Position numbers and translations under genes: made by a program
Assembly (NCBI GenBank): GCA_021162685.1
Contig: JAGGYF010000034.1
Location: 1 to 34,766, forward strand
Length of the DNA: 34,766 nucleotides
Direction: 5' to 3'
From: Candidatus Iainarchaeum sp.
GTDB lineage: Archaea; B1Sed10-29; WALL01
Part shown: positions 28,711 through 34,766 of the stretch, piece after piece
Numbering within the stretch: position 1 is the stretch's first letter
How the letters are laid out: each line of letters starts with the position of its first letter
The notes under the pieces: model-generated
Told to the model about the DNA's origin: nothing
The model's database searches: none
What the model saw: only the letters and a program-made list of their open reading frames with translations

Positions 28711-30618
28711 ATGTCTGAATTTTTGAAAGAGTTAGAGAAGAAGATATCAGAAATAGTGCCGCCAGAGGCATTGGTGAGCAAGGTTAGTCTGCACGCTTCT
28801 GAAGTTGTCTTATATACAAAAAACATTGGGTTGTTTTTAGAGTCAGAAGCATTGGTAAAAACACTAGCAACAAAACTAAAGAAGAGAGTACATGTAAGAA
28901 GTGATGCTTCACTACTGAAACCACCAGAAGAAGCAAAAGAAGTAATAAAGAAGATTATACCAGAAGATGCTGGGGTTGAAGCAATAAACTTTGACCCAGA
29001 ATTCCATGAGGTTATAATTGAAGCAAAGAAGCCAGGATTAGTTATAGGAAAAGGAGGGACAACACTCAAAGCAATAACATTAGAGACAGGATGGTATCCA
29101 AGGATTTTGCGTGTGCCAACTGCTCCCTCTCCTGTCATGAGTGGTATACGATATAACCTACTGAAAAATAGTAAAGAGCGATTGAAGTTCTTGAAAAAAA
29201 CAAGTGAAAGGATATACAGACAAAACCCAAAAAAAGCAGAATGGGTCAGATTGACACCCTTAGGAGGAGCAAGAGAGGTTGGAAGAAGTTGCTTCCTGCT
29301 GGAGACACCAGAATCAAAGATATTAATAGATTGTGGGGTGAATGTTGCATCAAGGGATAATGCTTATCCTTTCCTTGATTCAATAAACTTCTCACTTGAT
29401 CAATTGGATGCTGTTATCATATCACATGCGCACCTTGACCACTCTGGTTTTCTCCCATACCTTTACAAGTATGGGTACACTGGGCCAACATACTGTACAG
29501 AACCAACAAGAGATGTTATGGTTCTTCTCATGTTGGACTACATAGATGTCCTTATGAAAGAGGGGAGAGATCCTCCATATGGTCAAAAGGACATAAAGAA
29601 GATGGTTCTCCATACAATAACAAAGGATTATGGAGAGGTAACAGATATCACACCAGACATGAGATTGACATTACATAATGCAGGCCATATCCTCGGAAGC
29701 GCATCAGTTCATTTACATATTGGGCAAGGTGTACACAACCTCTTGTATACAGCAGACTTTAAGTTTGGTTATACAAAACTATTTGACACAATATACACAA
29801 AGTATCCACGTATTGAAACCCTTATCATGGAAAGCACATATGGTGGGGCAAAAGACATACAACCACCACGATATATATCTGACAAGAAATTAATCCAAAC
29901 AATACACGAAACATGTTCAAATGGCGGCTCTGTTCTTATCCCAGTATTCGCTATTGGTAGAGCCCAAGAGATAATGCTTGTTATTGAGGAATACGCAAGA
30001 AGGAGCGGATGGGACATACCTGTTTACATAGATGGGATGACAAAAGAGGCATCTGCTATACACACAGCATACCCAGAGTTTTTGAGGAGGAATGTTAGGA
30101 AGAGGATCCTACATAATAATTCTCCATTTGAATCCGATATTTTCATAGAGGTTGATAAAACACAGCGTGAGGAGATAAGTGAGGAAAAAGGCAGTGTGTT
30201 CTTATCCCCATCAGGTATGATGTCTGGTGGGCCATCTGTTGAATACTTCAAAGCCATGTGTGAAAACCCGAAAAACACGCTTATATTTGTTGGTTATCAG
30301 GGTGAAGGATCACTTGGGAGGAGGATCCAAAACCTTGCAAACAGGAATAGTAATGATAGAACTATTCCAATGGTGATTGACGGAAAAACTGTTGGTATGA
30401 ATGTGAAGATGCGCATTGAAACCATTGAAGGATATTCTGGACACTCAGACAGGAAACAATTACTTGAGTTCTACAGGCGTTTAACACCGAAACCAGAAAG
30501 GGTTATCCTGGTTCACGGTGAAGAGAAGAAATGTACGGACTTGGCGAGAACACTGGCTTATTCACAAAGGGTAGAAACAACTGCACCTAGGAATCTTGAT
30601 AGTTTAAGATTGAAATGA
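28711..30618 (+). CDS. fttA: aCPSF1/FttA beta-CASP ribonuclease with KH domains (transcription termination factor)
   Basis: Two KH domains (PGLVIGKGG), GGAREVGRS, SHAHLDH, AGHILGS, ESTYG, YSGHSDR, VHGE; conserved psmB adjacency. Confidence 0.96.
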   Translation: MSEFLKELEKKISEIVPPEALVSKVSLHASEVVLYTKNIGLFLESEALVKTLATKLKKRVHVRSDASLLKPPEEAKEVIKKIIPEDAGVEAINFDPEFHEVIIEAKKPGLVIGKGGTTLKAITLETGWYPRILRVPTAPSPVMSGIRYNLLKNSKERLKFLKKTSERIYRQNPKKAEWVRLTPLGGAREVGRSCFLLETPESKILIDCGVNVASRDNAYPFLDSINFSLDQLDAVIISHAHLDHSGFLPYLYKYGYTGPTYCTEPTRDVMVLLMLDYIDVLMKEGRDPPYGQKDIKKMVLHTITKDYGEVTDITPDMRLTLHNAGHILGSASVHLHIGQGVHNLLYTADFKFGYTKLFDTIYTKYPRIETLIMESTYGGAKDIQPPRYISDKKLIQTIHETCSNGGSVLIPVFAIGRAQEIMLVIEEYARRSGWDIPVYIDGMTKEASAIHTAYPEFLRRNVRKRILHNNSPFESDIFIEVDKTQREEISEEKGSVFLSPSGMMSGGPSVEYFKAMCENPKNTLIFVGYQGEGSLGRRIQNLANRNSNDRTIPMVIDGKTVGMNVKMRIETIEGYSGHSDRKQLLEFYRRLTPKPERVILVHGEEKKCTDLARTLAYSQRVETTAPRNLDSLRLK

Positions 30619-30703
30619 TGGTTAATCAAGAGTTCTAAATCTTTATTAAGTGCTACTAACTTAAACCAAAGCTTTTTTAAATTGGCTAATACCAAGTTTA
30701 GGT

Positions 30704-31942
30704 ATGGCAAGGGATAGAAGAATATCAAAAGCAAAGAGGAAGATTATAATTGAGATAACGCCAGAGGAACATCTATCTAGAGTGAAACTGCGCGGAGAGG
30801 AGGAAAACCTAAGATACAAGTTAGCAGCGTTGCAGGAAGAAATAAACCTTGAGCATTCCAGAATAGCACATCACATTGCTCAAATGTTACTGGGAATGGC
30901 TAACTCTGGGTCTCTTGATACTGAATTAGTAAGGAAGATGATAGAACACGATCACAAAGTAACAGCTCCATACCGTAGTATTGAAAAACACTATGATTTT
31001 CTTCATAAACATTATGCCCCATTATTAGTTGATCTTGCCAGAAATGAAGAGGGAGTAGTTGAGTTGGGGGACAAATCCTCTCCTGTTGCTGAAGAACTTG
31101 CAAGGATGGAAAAACGGTTGGCTAATCACGTAAAGGATCATTTGTTTCTTGTTGACCTTTTCAATCGCTCAGGAATGTGGGGGAAGGGCATTGTGGGTGC
31201 TCTTTCGTTTTTGCTAGGAACCAAAGAGAGTAAAGAGGAGGCAGAAAAGATCGCAACAAGAAGTGGTAGAAGAATAGCGAGGGAGATAGGTCGCTATTTA
31301 AACCTTAAACTTTCTCCAAAGCCAGATATACTATTATGCGAGTACCTACCAGACAAGGAAAATGCCTTTAAGAGATATGCAGAGGAAGAAGGCATCCCAC
31401 TTCTGCCATTAGAGGTAAGAATGATGATAGACGAAGTACGGAAGCCACGAAAAGGTCCTCTTTCAGAAGAATTGCTTGAAGAGCTTACTGAAAGAAATAG
31501 AAAAATGGCTAAGAAAGCGGTTAGCGTTATATCAAAACATTTGGAAGAAGGAAAGGAGGATATGTATGTTAGAGTTCTCACTGGAGTTGGCCATGTAATT
31601 GGGAAGGAGGGACTAGAGCAAGAAGAGAAGTCTGCATTGGAAATATATTATGAAGAGCTGCCAAGACTTAAAAAAGGTAAGCACCGGCAAGGTACATTAG
31701 GAGATATGTTAGAGAAGGAGATAAGTGCCAATCTACCAGATATTGATTTTGAGATAAGATATGATGATCTCGTCATAGAGTCTACCATAGAAGAGATGAT
31801 GAGAGAGCACTATATTAAAAAAGAGAGAGAAAGGAGAGATAAAGCTATATCTAATGCAAGAAGGAAAGTAGAAGAATACAAGAAGGAACTGGAAAAACTT
31901 AGACATGAAATTCAGCTACTATCTGATGAGGAGAACCAGTAG
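30704..31942 (+). CDS. Hypothetical protein with a TraB/PrgY/GumN (Tiki/EreA-superfamily)-like core and coiled coils
   Basis: LLGT..SKEE, KPDILLCE, AEEEGIPLLPLE, ERNRKMA, VLTGVGHV in canonical order. Confidence 0.6.
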   Translation: MARDRRISKAKRKIIIEITPEEHLSRVKLRGEEENLRYKLAALQEEINLEHSRIAHHIAQMLLGMANSGSLDTELVRKMIEHDHKVTAPYRSIEKHYDFLHKHYAPLLVDLARNEEGVVELGDKSSPVAEELARMEKRLANHVKDHLFLVDLFNRSGMWGKGIVGALSFLLGTKESKEEAEKIATRSGRRIAREIGRYLNLKLSPKPDILLCEYLPDKENAFKRYAEEEGIPLLPLEVRMMIDEVRKPRKGPLSEELLEELTERNRKMAKKAVSVISKHLEEGKEDMYVRVLTGVGHVIGKEGLEQEEKSALEIYYEELPRLKKGKHRQGTLGDMLEKEISANLPDIDFEIRYDDLVIESTIEEMMREHYIKKERERRDKAISNARRKVEEYKKELEKLRHEIQLLSDEENQ

Positions 31943-31945
31943 TGT

Positions 31946-32030
31946 ATCTCAGAAGAGTGTTTCTCTCAAGAGTCTTGGGAAAACTTTTGACTCTGCTTTT
32001 CTTAAGTGTTCTTGAAACGCTCTTCTAGAT
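31946..32030. terminator. Long imperfect stem-loop between convergent genes
   Basis: AGAAGAGTGTTTC(31951-63) pairs with GAAACGCTCTTCT(32014-26), 13 bp with one G-U; extended by ATCT/AGAT; inner AGAGTC/GACTCT stem. Confidence 0.45.
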
Positions 32031-32046
32031 GTCTTGGTAATGAACC

Positions 32047-32301
32047 TTAGCTAGACATCAATCCTATGATGGCTAACATAATCACAAAAAGTATAATTAT
32101 TGCAGCTATTAATATCATCCTTCTCTTCTGTTTCTCTGCCTTCTCTTCCTCTTTTTTTCTCTCAATAACCTTGAATATCTGATTGATCTGCTCTGAGGAA
32201 TAACCCATCTCAGCAAGGCTGTCCTCTATCCTCTCTCTTGGATAGCCCTGGTTCAGAAGCTCCTCTGTCTCCCTTATGATATCTATTGTTATCTCTTTCA
32301 T
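32047..32301 (-). CDS. Small tail-anchored protein with a GY helical domain
   Basis: GYPRERIEDSLAEMGYSSEQINQIF, charged linker, C-terminal TM. Confidence 0.75.
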   Translation of the reverse strand: MKEITIDIIRETEELLNQGYPRERIEDSLAEMGYSSEQINQIFKVIERKKEEEKAEKQKRRMILIAAIIILFVIMLAIIGLMSS

Positions 32302-32472
32302 GATGTTTGGTTATGCCATATTCATATAAAAATGTTGTGACTCCTTGTGAAGCCAGGTTTTGCTTTACTCAGACAGGGCTTCTAAGAAACGAAAAATAGT
32401 GGTGACTGTTAGGGTTTTCTGCTGAGACAAAAAACCAAAGATTTTTAAATGAGTTTGTAGTCAGTAGGGAAT

Positions 32473-34053
32473 ATGAAAAGGCTTTCTCTATTGATTGTTT
32501 TATGCTTTTGCCTCTCACTCCTTGTTGGGTGCATTGGAGGAGGAAATAACGAGATTAACTACAAGAATTGTGGTCATAACCTAAGTTGTATCCAGAATGC
32601 GATTCAGAATTGCATCCCTGCAAAGGCAACTGTCCAGAATACTTATGTTGAAGTGCGCGGACCGAATGAATATCAATGTAGTTTACAGGGGCATGACATA
32701 GGCCCATGTGAATTATGTGAAGTTTATTTCCAGACCGAATCAGAAGAAGCAATATGTAATATCCCTCCACTTTTTCATAAATATGATATGTGGGAGTATA
32801 TGTCCCTGGGAAACAAATATTGCAAATTAAGCAGTAGAAGTGGTCCCATAATTGATGTTGGTGAAATGGAAACAGCTCCCAAACCACCTACTGAAGCAAC
32901 ACCCGCTCCCAGTACAGATAATGATCGAACTGGCGAAACACCAGAAGAAACTCCAGAACCATACAAAGTCATTCACCCAGAATGCGAAGTAATTCCATCA
33001 GACGATTGGAGGGCAATATGTGATGCAGCATTCGAACATAATGTTTCTATGTGCGCAGATATGAAGTATCCAGCTAGTGATAACTGTTATGCAACACTTG
33101 CTTTGGTTGAAGACAATCCTGCATATTGCAATCGAGCAGAAGTTTACACTGGAACTTGTTTTGAGTGGTATATGGAGATGAATATCGACAAACTTGATAA
33201 AACATACTGTACAGAAGTAGCAGCAGACAAGAACACTTGCTTACGTAGATATGGAGAATTGAAAGACGATTACTCTGTATGCACTGATCTGAAGCTGGAT
33301 CCAAGTGATGATTATTTATGTTGGCAAAAGATTGCAGAAGCCAATCTAGACCCAAGTGCATGTAGTGAATTGGTGGGTAAGAGACGAAGTGAATGTTATG
33401 AGCGATTGGCAAAACTGACTAAAGATACTTCGCTTTGTTCTTACATGGAAGAGGGAGATTATAAAAGCCACTGTTATGCTTACAGCAGTGAAGGAAATCC
33501 TGATCCTAGTGTGTGTGCAAACCCCATGAAATATGATTATGATCGAAAAAAATGCTATTTGCAAGCAGCAAGATACTTAACTGATAAATCTCTCTGCCCA
33601 TATGCTGAGGGAGAGGGGTCTTTCACAAAAGGAATGTGTGAGGAAGTTGTGGATGCTCAGATACTGATAAATAAAGCTGTTGACAAAAAAGACGCATCCA
33701 TATGCGAAGAGATACAAATAGATGAGCTCCTAAAAGATGATACGTTGTGGTATTACAATAATCACATGAGCCCATTAAAAGATGATTGTTATTACGCTGT
33801 CGCAAAAGCAACATTGAACAAAACCTTATGCGATTTCTCAGGAACGCACAGATTAGATTGCTATGAATGGATGTATAAAGAAACGCTTGACCCAGACATC
33901 TGCCCAATTGTAAAACACCCTGGACAGTGCTATAAATACATTGGGATACGCACAAATGATTTTAGTCTCTGTGCAAATGCTAGCAAATATGGAAGGGCAG
34001 AATGCTATTCCAAGGCAATAGCAGCAAGCGTCTTAAAAACAAGCAAACAATGA
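32473..34053 (+). CDS. Cysteine-rich repeat surface lipoprotein
   Basis: Lipobox LLVGC; N-terminal Cys domain; P/T/E linker; 13 Cys pairs in ~26-aa repeats (D.S.C....CY...A). Confidence 0.85.
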   Translation: MKRLSLLIVLCFCLSLLVGCIGGGNNEINYKNCGHNLSCIQNAIQNCIPAKATVQNTYVEVRGPNEYQCSLQGHDIGPCELCEVYFQTESEEAICNIPPLFHKYDMWEYMSLGNKYCKLSSRSGPIIDVGEMETAPKPPTEATPAPSTDNDRTGETPEETPEPYKVIHPECEVIPSDDWRAICDAAFEHNVSMCADMKYPASDNCYATLALVEDNPAYCNRAEVYTGTCFEWYMEMNIDKLDKTYCTEVAADKNTCLRRYGELKDDYSVCTDLKLDPSDDYLCWQKIAEANLDPSACSELVGKRRSECYERLAKLTKDTSLCSYMEEGDYKSHCYAYSSEGNPDPSVCANPMKYDYDRKKCYLQAARYLTDKSLCPYAEGEGSFTKGMCEEVVDAQILINKAVDKKDASICEEIQIDELLKDDTLWYYNNHMSPLKDDCYYAVAKATLNKTLCDFSGTHRLDCYEWMYKETLDPDICPIVKHPGQCYKYIGIRTNDFSLCANASKYGRAECYSKAIAASVLKTSKQ

Positions 34054-34203
34054 TGGTTCATAAATTTGTTACAGGAATAGAAGTTTTAATGGTGAAAATT
34101 TTTGTCTTGTTTTTACTTAAACCAAAAAATTGGTAACCTGACAGGGCCCTATGTTCCGCTATTACCCTTTATCTTTTTATGTGTTGCATCCAAAAACAAT
34201 AGT

Positions 34204-34766
34204 ATGAACCTTGTGAAAGCAGAGAAGGAGCTCATAAAAAAGCAGAGGATTCGGGATGCCGTAACCCCAAAGCAAAAGGAGATCCTTAGGATATGTGCAA
34301 AAGCAATTAGGGATATCCATACAGGTAATATAAAAGAAGCGCGCAGGAAAAAGAAGGCAGTGGAAAAGAGGATAAAGGCACTTGAAAAGCAAATCAAGCA
34401 ATATCCCGTGCTTAGAGATAGACTCCTTGGCATTTGTTATCAGGAGTATGTTGAGCTTGCAGTCATGCTCTCTGTGCTGAAAGATAGTAGGTTACCAGAG
34501 CTGAACGTGCCTGCTGACGCGTACGTGCTTGGCACACTTGATGCAATTGGCGAGATGAAAAGAGAAGTGATGACAAAACTCCTCAACAATGATATTGATG
34601 GTGCGTTAATGCTCTACAACAAAATGGAGGAGATATACTACGCAATGGAGGGATTTTCCTTCCCTAGCTCAATTGTACCTGGGCTCAAAGCAAAACAGGA
34701 TGTTATGAAAAGGGTATTAGAAGGCCTCTATATCATCCTTGTTGAAGCACAGACAAAGAATAGGGA
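34204..34766 (+). CDS. Translin/TRAX (C3PO-like) family protein, partial
   Basis: Manual translation MNLVKAEKELIKKQRIRD...AIRDIH...YQEYVE...YVLGTLDAIGEMKR...LKAKQD; open to the window end; not in the ORF track. Confidence 0.88.
   Translation, partial: MNLVKAEKELIKKQRIRDAVTPKQKEILRICAKAIRDIHTGNIKEARRKKKAVEKRIKALEKQIKQYPVLRDRLLGICYQEYVELAVMLSVLKDSRLPELNVPADAYVLGTLDAIGEMKREVMTKLLNNDIDGALMLYNKMEEIYYAMEGFSFPSSIVPGLKAKQDVMKRVLEGLYIILVEAQTKNR

Noticed and set aside
32367-32427. Possible hairpin CTCAGACAG...CTGCTGAG upstream of the Cys-rich gene
   Set aside because: Only about 8 solid pairs plus bulges and G-U pairs; too weak to call
32473-34053. Diversity-generating retroelement target or DNA tandem repeat
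   Set aside because: No TR/VR pair or reverse transcriptase in the window; the repeats are visible only at the protein level
1-34766. CRISPR array, tRNA/rRNA genes, IS elements or provirus
   Set aside because: No regularly spaced repeats, no cloverleaf-length GC-rich segment, and no transposase, integrase or viral hallmark ORF seen

Overview
A compact, AT-rich archaeal chromosomal segment. A DPANN-like lineage (e.g. Micrarchaeota/Diapherotrites) is suggested by the Cys-repeat and GY-helix membrane proteins and the tight gene packing, but this taxonomy is an inference. The core housekeeping genes are secF-secD, trm61/trmI, gamma-carbonic anhydrase, EamA, tgtA, a NOG1 GTPase, UPF0147, tyrS, PolD DP1 and DP2 (DP2 carries a 470-aa LAGLIDADG intein ending in Gln), sepF, cdc6, hel308, NAC, an FKBP/SlyD PPIase, psmB, aCPSF1/FttA and translin. 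These are interleaved with surface or membrane proteins: an FN3/Ig lipoprotein, a TPR-like type-I membrane protein, a lipoprotein-form DJ-1 and a Cys-repeat lipoprotein. I found no tRNA, rRNA, CRISPR array or transposase. Four CDSs absent from the ORF track were read by hand: the FN3 lipoprotein, a 37-aa basic peptide, a UPF0175 protein and translin. The best leads are: a tail-anchored tandem-domain protein co-oriented directly behind sepF; a GC-rich, alternatively foldable 5' leader on the PolD operon; and a 3.5-kb accessory block after fttA, bounded by degenerate direct repeats, that encodes a TraB/Tiki-like protein and a Cys-repeat lipoprotein. All family calls come from motif recognition, not from database searches.
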